Below are positions 32,677 to 41,152 of a stretch of 64,000 nucleotides of DNA, piece after piece (position 1 is the first letter of the stretch; every line of letters begins with the position of its first letter). Position numbers and translations under genes: made by a program. Source of the stretch: Gammaproteobacteria bacterium (GTDB lineage: Bacteria > Pseudomonadota > Gammaproteobacteria > QZLD01); NCBI GenBank assembly GCA_033852135.1, contig JAWSVB010000001.1, positions 1,309-65,308 on the forward strand, read 5' to 3'. The notes under the pieces are model-generated. The model worked only from the letters and a program-made list of their open reading frames with translations, ran no database searches and had not been told where the DNA came from.

Positions 32677-33719
32677 TATCTCTCCGGGTTAAATGTGAAT
32701 TCTATCTCCTTGAAGAACTCTTTTAGATCAAACTCATTCGGCAACGGTAATGGTGATGCTCTTAAGATAGCATTCTCCACCGATCTATCAAATACTGAAT
32801 TGCCGCTACTATTTTTTACACTTACACGATTAACCACACCCGACTCATCAAGCCTTATCGTAACTGTACATTTAAGACCTTTAAAAGATGGTTGCTGGTT
32901 CCAGTTTTTTGATACTTTATTTTTTATCAGAGGAATATAGTCATTAAGTGCTCTTGCAGCTCGCCTTCGCCTTGCTTGCTCCTCAAGCTTTTTCTCACGA
33001 GCACGTTCTGCTACAGCTTCTTTCTCTGCAGCCTCCCTTATCTCACGTTCCCTTTGCGCTTGCTTGCGAGCCTCTTCCGCTTTTTTAGCTTTTTCTTCTG
33101 CGGCCTTGCGTTTTTCCTCTATCTTTTTCAGGCGTTCTTGCTCTTTACGCTCACGCTCCTTGGCTGCTTTTTTCTGCTGTTCTATCCTTTTTTTCTCTTT
33201 TTCGCGCTCTACTTTAATTTTTTCTAAACGTGCGCTCTCTTTCTTTTGCTCAGCCTTAATTTTTTCTAACCGCTTATTTTCTGCGGCCTCTTTCTTCCTT
33301 TGTTGTTCAGCTTTCTTACGCTGCTCTTCTTTGCGCTTAGCTGCATCGCGTTTTTGTTTCTCTTTTCTCTGCTTATCGGCTATTGCCCTTTTCTTCTCGA
33401 GATCTTTTAAGCGTTTTTGTTCTTGTTCTCGCTGTAACTTAGCTTTTTTTGCTTCTCGCTTAAGCTTATTCACTTTATCTTGCTCAGCCTGTATCTTAGC
33501 TTTTTCAAGATCACGCTGGCGCTCGATCTCTGCCGTAACTTCTGCATCATCAAAAGCTACCGCATCAATAGTTTCAACAGGAAGTGGTTTAGGCTTAACG
33601 ACATCTTCACTGCTATATTCAGCCACAAGCAATACAGCAACTATGGCAAGGTGTAAAACCACTGAGGCAGTGATCGAAATAGCTGTAACCTTACTATCCA
33701 TATTGACCTTCATCTTCAA
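32676..33719 (-). CDS. tolA: Tol-Pal system protein TolA
   Basis: N-terminal TM, a long Lys/Glu/Ala-rich helical domain, a TolA C-terminal domain, and operon position. Confidence 0.9.
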   Translation of the reverse strand: MKMKVNMDSKVTAISITASVVLHLAIVAVLLVAEYSSEDVVKPKPLPVETIDAVAFDDAEVTAEIERQRDLEKAKIQAEQDKVNKLKREAKKAKLQREQEQKRLKDLEKKRAIADKQRKEKQKRDAAKRKEEQRKKAEQQRKKEAAENKRLEKIKAEQKKESARLEKIKVEREKEKKRIEQQKKAAKERERKEQERLKKIEEKRKAAEEKAKKAEEARKQAQREREIREAAEKEAVAERAREKKLEEQARRRRAARALNDYIPLIKNKVSKNWNQQPSFKGLKCTVTIRLDESGVVNRVSVKNSSGNSVFDRSVENAILRASPLPLPNEFDLKEFFKEIEFTFNPER

Positions 33720-34141
33720 CTATCACCAGATTGAGTCATTAAACCCACCTTAGGCACTCCAGCATCCTTTAGCTTAACCATTGCTTCTACAACTTTTCCA
33801 TACGGAACATTTTTATCCCCACGCACAAGAACCTGTGCCTTTGGATTAATTTTTATAAATGCTGCAGTTTTAACCATTAGTTCTTTGGAGGTTATACTAG
33901 ATGTTGGGGGTTGATTAATGCTAAGAAAATAACTGCCTGCTGCATTAACTTCTACAATCAAAGGCTCAGTCTCAGAATCGACAACTGTTTCTGCACTCGC
34001 AACCGGCAAATCTATTTCAACCCCTTGTTGCAACATTGGCGCAGTAATCATAAAGATAACCAGCAGCACTAACATTACATCAATATATGGAACAACATTG
34101 ATCTCTGCTATTGGTTTACGTTTTTTATGCTGCCTTCTCAT
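33716..34141 (-). CDS. tolR: Tol-Pal system protein TolR
   Basis: ExbD/TolR family (INVVPYIDVMLVLLVIFM). Confidence 0.93.
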   Translation of the reverse strand: MRRQHKKRKPIAEINVVPYIDVMLVLLVIFMITAPMLQQGVEIDLPVASAETVVDSETEPLIVEVNAAGSYFLSINQPPTSSITSKELMVKTAAFIKINPKAQVLVRGDKNVPYGKVVEAMVKLKDAGVPKVGLMTQSGDS

Positions 34142-34893
34142 TAACTATATTCTTCTGCGTTATAACTTTGAGAGCTACCACCTTGAGGAGTGTGTTCTGC
34201 CGCAACATCAGCCTTTGCATGCGCCTGACGCTGTATAATTCCAATAAACTCTTCCACAAATATGTCATACCTGCTAATTATCCTCTCCACTTTTGTAGAG
34301 AAGCGGTTATAAGCTATAACAGCGGGGATAGCAGCAAAAAGACCTATGGCAGTTGCGATAAGAGCTTCAGCAATACCAGGAGCTACGGTTGATAATGATG
34401 CTTGTTTAATGGCGCCAAGTGCCATAAATGAGTTCATTATTCCCCACACTGTGCCAAACAACCCTACATATGGGCTTGTGGAACCAACTGTGGCAAGAAA
34501 TGGTATTGTTAATTCTAGTGAATCAATTTCACGGCTCAACTCCACCTGCATAGCTCGATTAGTTGCACTTATCGCTATCTCAGGATCTGCTGCGCCTCCA
34601 CCAGAGCGGCGAATACGAGAGAACTCTTTAAATCCCGCAAGAAATATCCGTTCCATTCCGCCTACATCATTCTGCTTGCGATTGATGGAAGCATACATCT
34701 CACTCAGATCTCCACCAGACCAAAACTTTTGCTCGAAGCTATTTGCAGACTTTAACGCTAATTGAAGCTGTTTAATTTTGCGAAAAATCATTGCCCAAGA
34801 AACTATCGATGCCATTAGCAGTGAGAGCATCACGAACTTAACAATAATTCCTGCATCACTAACTATATCGAAAAACGACGGGACCTCATTCAC
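34141..34893 (-). CDS. tolQ: Tol-Pal system protein TolQ
   Basis: MotA/TolQ/ExbB channel family (LATVGSTSPYVGLFGTVWGIM). Confidence 0.95.
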   Translation of the reverse strand: MNEVPSFFDIVSDAGIIVKFVMLSLLMASIVSWAMIFRKIKQLQLALKSANSFEQKFWSGGDLSEMYASINRKQNDVGGMERIFLAGFKEFSRIRRSGGGAADPEIAISATNRAMQVELSREIDSLELTIPFLATVGSTSPYVGLFGTVWGIMNSFMALGAIKQASLSTVAPGIAEALIATAIGLFAAIPAVIAYNRFSTKVERIISRYDIFVEEFIGIIQRQAHAKADVAAEHTPQGGSSQSYNAEEYS

Positions 34894-35081
34894 TCCATTT
34901 TCTCCATATATCCTTTACTTAACCTATTCCTGGCGCATGAGATTATCATATCGAACCAAAGTGAACATAATATAACAGATTTCATCTTTTTTAGTTCAAA
35001 AAGCAAATCTCTTTTTTCTTAATAAAATATGACTAAACATTTAGTTATTGGTTCAAATTTCTAGTTAAAATTAGATAGCTT

Positions 35082-35109
35082 TGTCAACCTAACCAATACA
35101 GCATCGTTA
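35082..35109 (+). promoter_or_regulatory. Candidate ECF-type promoter upstream of the ECF sigma gene
   Basis: tGTCAAC-N16-CGTTA (AAC ... CGT spacing of 16 nt), about 30 nt upstream of the ATG at 35140. Confidence 0.3.
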
Positions 35110-35139
35110 TATAAATATAGAGTTTTACGGTTTAGCATT

Positions 35140-35802
35140 ATGAAACATGAAGCTGCTTTAAATATTAATACTGTGCAATATATTAATAAAATAGACTTTC
35201 CACTTGATAGATCTATAGTTAATTTATATTCGCCTTGGAGCTGCAACCTGACTAATTCAGCAAATAAAGAACGACTTAATATCTTTTTGAAACAAGTCGA
35301 AAAGAAGGCTTTTAGAATCGTTATTTCATACACTTATGATAATGACGAGGCGCTAGATATTGTCCAAGATAGTATGATAAAACTCGTAAGGTCTTATGCT
35401 GATAAAGATGAGTCTGAGTTAACCCCTCTTTTTTATCGGATTCTTTACAACACAATAAAAGACTGGAAGCGGCGCAGCTTTATCAAAAATAAGTTTTTCA
35501 GCTTTTTTAGTTCAACTAGCAACAGCGATGATCTTGACCCTATAAACCTAGTTGAAGATAACTCTCAAGATGTGGAAAGGAAAATATCCAACCATCAAAC
35601 TCTAAATAAGGTTGAAGTCGCAATTACACATTTACCAGAGCGCCAACGCCAAGCATTTGTGTTAAGAATATGGCAAGATCTCGATGTTAAACAAACGGCA
35701 AAGGCTATGTCTTGCTCTGAAGGAAGCGTTAAAACACACTTATCAAGAGCATTAAAAAACCTAAAGGATTATTTAGGGGAGGCACACCATGAATCAACAT
35801 GA
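35140..35802 (+). CDS. ECF-family RNA polymerase sigma factor
   Basis: Region 2 is AFRIVISYTYDNDEALDIVQDSMIKL. Region 4 HTH is LPERQRQAFVLRIWQDLDVKQTAKAMSCSEGSVKTHLSRA. The N-terminal ~40 aa are unusual, so the start is uncertain. Confidence 0.85.
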   Translation: MKHEAALNINTVQYINKIDFPLDRSIVNLYSPWSCNLTNSANKERLNIFLKQVEKKAFRIVISYTYDNDEALDIVQDSMIKLVRSYADKDESELTPLFYRILYNTIKDWKRRSFIKNKFFSFFSSTSNSDDLDPINLVEDNSQDVERKISNHQTLNKVEVAITHLPERQRQAFVLRIWQDLDVKQTAKAMSCSEGSVKTHLSRALKNLKDYLGEAHHEST

Positions 35803-36157
35803 CGATAAATTCATAGATGAGCTAAAATCAAGCCTTAAGCAAGGCGAAGATAATCTCGATGCCAATACAAACTCATCATTGAGCCAAGCACGAAACAACG
35901 CCCTTAAAGAGCTGGATAGCTCTGTCCTTACTCGCTGGCGCTCCCCCATGTTTGCTACTGCTGCATTTGCTTCAGTTTTATTATCTTTATCTGTTTTTTT
36001 TACCATCTATTCCAATGGAAGCATTCAAGAAAATAACGGTTTTATTTTTGATGAAGCAGAATATGCTCTCTTTATAGAGTCTTCCGATGTATTAGCTGGC
36101 AACCTGGAAGAGGAGATTGAATTTTATGAGTGGTTAGACGAACAGGAGACCTCATAA
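35789..36157 (+). CDS. Putative single-pass anti-sigma factor (DUF3619-like)
   Basis: It overlaps the sigma gene by 14 nt. It has one TM (MFATAAFASVLLSLSVFFTIY). Position and size fit the DUF3619 partner of this ECF group. The family name is from memory. Confidence 0.45.
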   Translation: MNQHDDKFIDELKSSLKQGEDNLDANTNSSLSQARNNALKELDSSVLTRWRSPMFATAAFASVLLSLSVFFTIYSNGSIQENNGFIFDEAEYALFIESSDVLAGNLEEEIEFYEWLDEQETS

Positions 36158-36158
36158 T

Positions 36159-36995
36159 ATGCTATCTATTTTAAACTACACCAAAACTTTTAACCCTAGC
36201 TTTATTCAATCCATAAGAGCATTAACCTCTGTTATCTTTTTTATTATTGCCGCAATAGCACATCAACCATTTGCTTTTGCGGATAGCTATCAAGATATGC
36301 CTCCACACAGGCATCCACCACACATGCAAATGGAACATGAGCAAAGAAGCAACGATTCATTGCAGCCCAAACAACCAATTGAGTGGAAAAATTTGAGCGC
36401 TAAATCAAAAAACATCCTGCACTCTCTAAATGACAACTGGGAACTAATACCGATAAATATTCAGCATTTTTTACACAGAATAAGCTCTAACTGGGATCAT
36501 ATCCCACCACACCGCCAAGATAAGATTCTGAATAAAATTGAAAAGATGTCCAAGATGTCAGAAGAGCAACTAAAAGTGCTGGAGCAAAGGCATCAACACA
36601 TGAAAGGGCTTGATCCACAGCAACGAAAAAAATTAATGCAACAGCGCCGTAAGTTTTCTGATTTAAAACACGAGGAACGTATGCACTTAAAACGTCGTTG
36701 GAGCAACCTTTCAGACGAAGATAAAAAACATATTCGAAACCGCAGACATGCAATGAGAAGCATATGTGATTCAATTTCAAAGGTCGAAAATTTAAAGCTT
36801 AAGCCGAGTGATCTTTCAATGGAAAATATTTCACCTCAACTAAAAACCACCTTAACAGATATCATAAACTCTGATGATTCAATCCCCCATCAGCTATGGC
36901 ATAAATTTATGCGAACTTTAGATGACTGGGAAAACGCCCCAAAACACAAAAAAGAAAGGGTTATGCACTTCATTAACAAATGTGTAAAGAGATAA
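36159..36995 (+). CDS. Periplasmic His/Arg/Lys-rich helical repeat protein (DUF3106-like)
   Basis: Signal peptide ending AFA|DS. Repeated W-x-L/I-P...R/K motifs occur (EWKNLSAKSK, NWELIP, NWDHIPPHRQDK, RWSNLSDEDKK). It starts 2 nt after the anti-sigma stop. Confidence 0.45.
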   Translation: MLSILNYTKTFNPSFIQSIRALTSVIFFIIAAIAHQPFAFADSYQDMPPHRHPPHMQMEHEQRSNDSLQPKQPIEWKNLSAKSKNILHSLNDNWELIPINIQHFLHRISSNWDHIPPHRQDKILNKIEKMSKMSEEQLKVLEQRHQHMKGLDPQQRKKLMQQRRKFSDLKHEERMHLKRRWSNLSDEDKKHIRNRRHAMRSICDSISKVENLKLKPSDLSMENISPQLKTTLTDIINSDDSIPHQLWHKFMRTLDDWENAPKHKKERVMHFINKCVKR

Positions 36996-37043
36996 TCAGC
37001 ATAATTCACCCCAGTTACACAGATTAATTATGCTGTTTTTTTC

Positions 37044-37484
37044 TTATGGTGACCCAATATACCCTTTCCAATCTAACTTCCATCGATCAACACATTTATT
37101 CAATCTGAATTTAATCTCCGGTATATTTACCGCAGCTGCAAATGCGTACTCGATTGCATCGACCGAACTAGTAAGCACATCATGCTGCTTATTATGGATA
37201 CATGCCAATGAGGCAGAAAGCATTGATTCGAGCGCATGAAAATGATGTGGCGCCGCCTTTGAATAGTTTGACAATTCACCTAACAGTTTATTCAAATAAA
37301 GTACCGCAGCCCTCCTACTTGGTTCAGCCTCACATGCAACAACAACCATACAAAAAGATAGATCTTTATTACCAAAATCATTTTCATATATTGGCGTTAA
37401 CTTCCTGGCTACATCTGCAGCAAACTCTTTAACTTCGTTAGATCCTTTATCCTCTAGAATCCCAACAATCTCTTCTCTTTTCAT
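37044..37484 (-). CDS. Uncharacterised ~147-aa all-helical protein, paralog P1
   Basis: The MKREEIVGIL start at 37484 has a GAGGGGG RBS 5 nt upstream. About 40% identical by eye to 38122..38565. The ORF-track extension to 37538 is unlikely to be real. Confidence 0.7.
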   Translation of the reverse strand: MKREEIVGILEDKGSNEVKEFAADVARKLTPIYENDFGNKDLSFCMVVVACEAEPSRRAAVLYLNKLLGELSNYSKAAPHHFHALESMLSASLACIHNKQHDVLTSSVDAIEYAFAAAVNIPEIKFRLNKCVDRWKLDWKGYIGSP

Positions 37485-38121
37485 GACGCCCCCTCGGTAT
37501 AGAGTTATATATACATAGAGGTATGATAAACATACCACTCAAAACTGCTTTTATATGCCCCAATATAAAACAAGCAGCTTAAGTACCATTATCGTCTTTG
37601 TTGAATAGAATTTATATAGCAATATTATTAGATATAACATGACTTTTGTTGACTTTAGGTCAACACAAAAACAAATTTATAAAAACTTATATATCAACAG
37701 CTTATATAAGACTATAATTATGTATTTACTAACATATCCAATTTTACACCAAGAAAACTATAATATATTAACATACAACAAAACTTAACCAACAACACCA
37801 AGCATGAAGATAATGACAAAAGCATAATCACACGAACCATCACAAACAAATTTTATTTAACTTTACATTTGAAAACAGTCAGATAAACAACATACCACCA
37901 AAAATAAACCGCACCATTCTTCATTGTAAAATTGAATGGTTTACTCACGGTTAACAATTTATACATACTTATTAGTACTTTTTCTATATACCTGCATTAC
38001 TTTTTAGATAATAATAATTCATGGGCTAATTTTTTTAGTCGGCATACCGCCACGGACAACAGCACCTTGCCTCATACAAACATTTATGTCAGGGTTGCAC
38101 AAACAATGGATTGGGTATTTA

Positions 38122-38565
38122 ATGATGAAAAAAAATGAAATTTTATCCATATTAAATAACAAAGATATCTGTGACATCCAAGAGTTCACAGCTGATATTG
38201 CTAGAAAGCTCACAACTATATATGAAATTGACCACGGCTATAAAGGTCTATATTTTTGCATGCTCACCATCATCTCTGCCGACAACTCTTCGCGCAAAAC
38301 TACAGAAAACCACCTCAAAGAACTTCTAAACGACCTTAATAACAGTGTTGATTCGCTGCCTCACCACATTGCAACAATAAAGTCGATGCTCTGCGCTGCC
38401 CAAGCAACACTTAATGAATCAAAAGAAGATGTTCTATCAAAGTCCATTGAATCAATTGAACACGCATTCACTGCAGCAGACCATATACCAGAAGTTACAG
38501 AAAAACTTTTGCTTTGTATCGAGAGATGGAAAGATAGCTGGAACAACCCTCTGCGCTCAATTTAA
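38122..38565 (+). CDS. Uncharacterised ~147-aa all-helical protein, paralog P2
   Basis: MMKKNEILSIL start. Motifs shared with P1 are EF(A/T)AD(V/I)ARKLTxIYE, FCM, PHH, SML, DVL, IExAFxAA, IPE and RWKxxW. Confidence 0.7.
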   Translation: MMKKNEILSILNNKDICDIQEFTADIARKLTTIYEIDHGYKGLYFCMLTIISADNSSRKTTENHLKELLNDLNNSVDSLPHHIATIKSMLCAAQATLNESKEDVLSKSIESIEHAFTAADHIPEVTEKLLLCIERWKDSWNNPLRSI

Positions 38566-39107
38566 CCAACAGAGATATTACAACCCTGCTAATCATTAGA
38601 ATTAACTAGTAGCAAAAAAACACCAGGCAAAATTATCTGGGCTAATGCACATGGATGATAACACTCTAATACACCCAGCTTATACCTGTAAAAATAGAGC
38701 TTATAAAAACCATACTATTAAAACTGCTGCTTAATTTAATCCTATGTTATCTTCATTGATATAATTTATGCAAAAACCAATCATATCCTTATTATTAATT
38801 ACGACAACACAATACAGAAGATAACCCCTTTTACAGTTATTACTTTAAGGTAAAAAATTAATTTTAACCCCCCAAATATCATACTATGCATTATGTAAGC
38901 TGCACCTAATGCAGGAATCACTTATATTCTAACAGACCTCTTTCTTTTATTGTTAGGCTCTATATTTTACACCTTACATCAAATAACATGTTGTTTTTCC
39001 AGAACATACCAATTAAAATCACGCGATCAAACTAACACATTGATAATGCTGTGCAGTCTTTTTTTATAAAAAAAGTTAGATTCCGGCAAAAAAATCTAGG
39101 ATAATCA

Positions 39108-39149
39108 AACATCAAGACGTTTTAAAAAAATAGATGGCGTCTTGATGTT
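39108..39149 (+). promoter_or_regulatory. Perfect 12-bp inverted repeat (18-nt loop) upstream of 39234..39782
   Basis: AACATCAAGACG-N18-CGTCTTGATGTT, 85 nt upstream of the ATG. Confidence 0.5.
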
Positions 39150-39233
39150 ATGCAGTTAACTTCGCATTTTATGATCTTTATTGATCATTTGGGCACATGC
39201 GAAAAAAATAAATAGATGTTGAGGTAAAAGCAA

Positions 39234-39782
39234 ATGCCAATTTATGAAATTACTGAGCCAGGTGGCGCTCAGCGCCTTCGTGTGGCTGTAGGCGTTAACG
39301 GTGAACTTCGTCAAAAGTACTTCACCCTAACCAAAAACAATAAGCGCGTATCTGAAGATGCAGAGCTTAAAATTTGGAAGCAAGCTGAAAAGCTTAATAC
39401 TAAATGGGAAAAAGAGAAGGATGAGGCTGCTCGTAAAAGAGCTGTTGCAGCACAAACTACTAAGCGTGGAAAGTCTGTATATGATACAGGTGTTCGCGGT
39501 CTTAAAATGGTTTGGGTTGTAAAAAAACGTCCTAATAGTGTTCACTACAGACCTTCTTTTAAGATCCACGTAGCTGAAGGTCATACACAACAAGGTGTAT
39601 TATCTGTCGGGCACAAAAAAGCATGGAAACAAGCTGTGCAAAAGTACTGTGGCATTAAAAATATTCACAGAAACTCTCACTTAGTTGAGAGAATGCCTTC
39701 AATCCAGAAATGGGAAGAGCTAAGACAGTACTACAACAAAGAGCTTGGCTGGGAAATCCCAGAGATTGCAATACCGGAGTAA
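39234..39782 (+). CDS. Small basic protein of unknown function with AP2/integrase-arm-like signature; paralog of 27509..28009
   Basis: GAGG RBS. Shared motifs are RQKYFTLTKNNKRVS, TGVRGLKM and AWKQAV...HLVERMP. Confidence 0.55.
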   Translation: MPIYEITEPGGAQRLRVAVGVNGELRQKYFTLTKNNKRVSEDAELKIWKQAEKLNTKWEKEKDEAARKRAVAAQTTKRGKSVYDTGVRGLKMVWVVKKRPNSVHYRPSFKIHVAEGHTQQGVLSVGHKKAWKQAVQKYCGIKNIHRNSHLVERMPSIQKWEELRQYYNKELGWEIPEIAIPE

Positions 39783-39804
39783 CCACTCCTATTTGCCAAT
39801 CTAA

Positions 39805-39836
39805 TAAAAAAGAGGCTTAACAAGCCTCTTTTTTAT
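39805..39836. terminator. Bidirectional terminator between convergent genes
   Basis: A6-AGAGGCTT-aaca-AAGCCTCT-T6. Confidence 0.85.
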
Positions 39837-39862
39837 TAGAAATAATTAATTTCAGTACACAA

Positions 39863-41026
39863 TTAAAACCCATCTATTTTTTTCTGAATGCGCACCACCA
39901 AATTAAAGATTGCTACCCACTTGGGACAAAAATGATGCCCTTGGCAGGCGTTGATCTCAGATATTGCTCTATAAATTGATCTATTTTTTGAACGCGCCAT
40001 AACCGAATAGAACGCATCACAAATCGCCATGATTTTTGCTCCATCACAAATCTCATCGCCTGCAGTATTTTCTGGGTACCCACTTCCATCCATCTTTTCA
40101 TGGTGTTGATAAACTATCCAGGCCGCCTCGTTCCACCCTTCCATCAGCTCCATATTTTCAATCACCCAACCTGGATGTGAACGCAATAAGTCCCTTTGTT
40201 CTTTAGTAAACCGACCACTTTCATCCAATAGTTCATCTGGTAGAAAACGCATACCAACATCATGAAGATATACCGCAGCTTGCATCTGATAAAAATCAAC
40301 ACAATTTCTAGCTATGGCATTCATACCAAGAGCTATTGGCATTATAAAACTTGTGCGCCCTTTCCAATGTTTGTGTATTAGGTCAACCTCTTCTGCAAGA
40401 CTCCTAAAAAACTCCATATCTTCATCGAGCTTGGCGTTCTTTTGTTTTCTATCTGCATCAATTGCATGAATGCCATTCTTGGAAAGGCCTGCGACTACCT
40501 CTTTTACTTCTTCATCTTGAGCGAATTGTTCAATATCTTTATCAAGTTTTGCAGTGCCACCAGTTAACGATTCAATAGCTTTTTCTGCTACGACACCTGC
40601 ATCACCTTTTTTTATTTTTAATAATGGGCTTAAAGCATGCTGAACTGCATTAAAAGATTCCATCCTGACAAAACCAAACTTATAAGCATCCTCACTCATA
40701 AAAACCAAACGATCAAGAATCATCAGTATAGCTTCAGGAATACGATCACTAAAATCTATCCCTATCGATGATATCTTATCCATTATGCTTTCAATCGAGG
40801 ATAAAATTTCATAAATAGGTTCTAAATCAGCTGCATATGCTCGGTTTTTTAATGTATCAATTTGACGGGCAAATTCTTCGGTATGATCTAATACTTCTTG
40901 TAATGGGATGGTGCCACTGTCCAGCTCTATTAGGCTTGGTTCAATATGCTCCATTACATGTACTAATGACTCGTGGTAGTCCTCTAAGGTTTCACGGTCT
41001 GCACTGAGTTCAAATACTGGCTCCAC
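39863..41026 (-). CDS. HD-GYP domain protein (c-di-GMP phosphodiesterase type) with uncharacterised N-terminal helical domain
   Basis: YLHDVGM (HD) and HHEKMDGSGYP (HHExxDGxGYP). The N-terminal ~230 aa have no motif I recognise. Confidence 0.85.
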   Translation of the reverse strand: MEPVFELSADRETLEDYHESLVHVMEHIEPSLIELDSGTIPLQEVLDHTEEFARQIDTLKNRAYAADLEPIYEILSSIESIMDKISSIGIDFSDRIPEAILMILDRLVFMSEDAYKFGFVRMESFNAVQHALSPLLKIKKGDAGVVAEKAIESLTGGTAKLDKDIEQFAQDEEVKEVVAGLSKNGIHAIDADRKQKNAKLDEDMEFFRSLAEEVDLIHKHWKGRTSFIMPIALGMNAIARNCVDFYQMQAAVYLHDVGMRFLPDELLDESGRFTKEQRDLLRSHPGWVIENMELMEGWNEAAWIVYQHHEKMDGSGYPENTAGDEICDGAKIMAICDAFYSVMARSKNRSIYRAISEINACQGHHFCPKWVAIFNLVVRIQKKIDGF

Positions 41027-41152
41027 TAATAATTCCTTTTATATCCATATTTTTCTGGACAATATAACTATTAGTATAGGACATATATTTTCTATCTTAT
41101 ATTCGATACCCATATTATTTTTAATTAACCACTAGCTTTAACCTGCTGGCTT

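Noticed and set aside
33064-33753. 229-aa plus-strand ORF (with 32976..33227 and 32695..32940) antisense to tolA.
   Set aside because: It is a Ser/Phe/Leu/Cys-rich translation produced by reading the Lys/Glu/Ala-rich tolA repeat region backwards. It has no RBS or motif, and tolA itself is well supported.
35061-35333. 90-aa minus-strand ORF overlapping the 5' end of the ECF sigma gene.
   Set aside because: It has no motif or RBS. It overlaps the sigma coding region and the candidate ECF promoter, so it is most likely spurious.
37485-37538. N-terminal 18-aa extension of P1 (MVCLSYLYVYITLYRGGV) given by the ORF track.
   Set aside because: A strong GAGGGGG RBS sits in front of the internal MKREE start. 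The alignment with paralog P2 also begins at that methionine.
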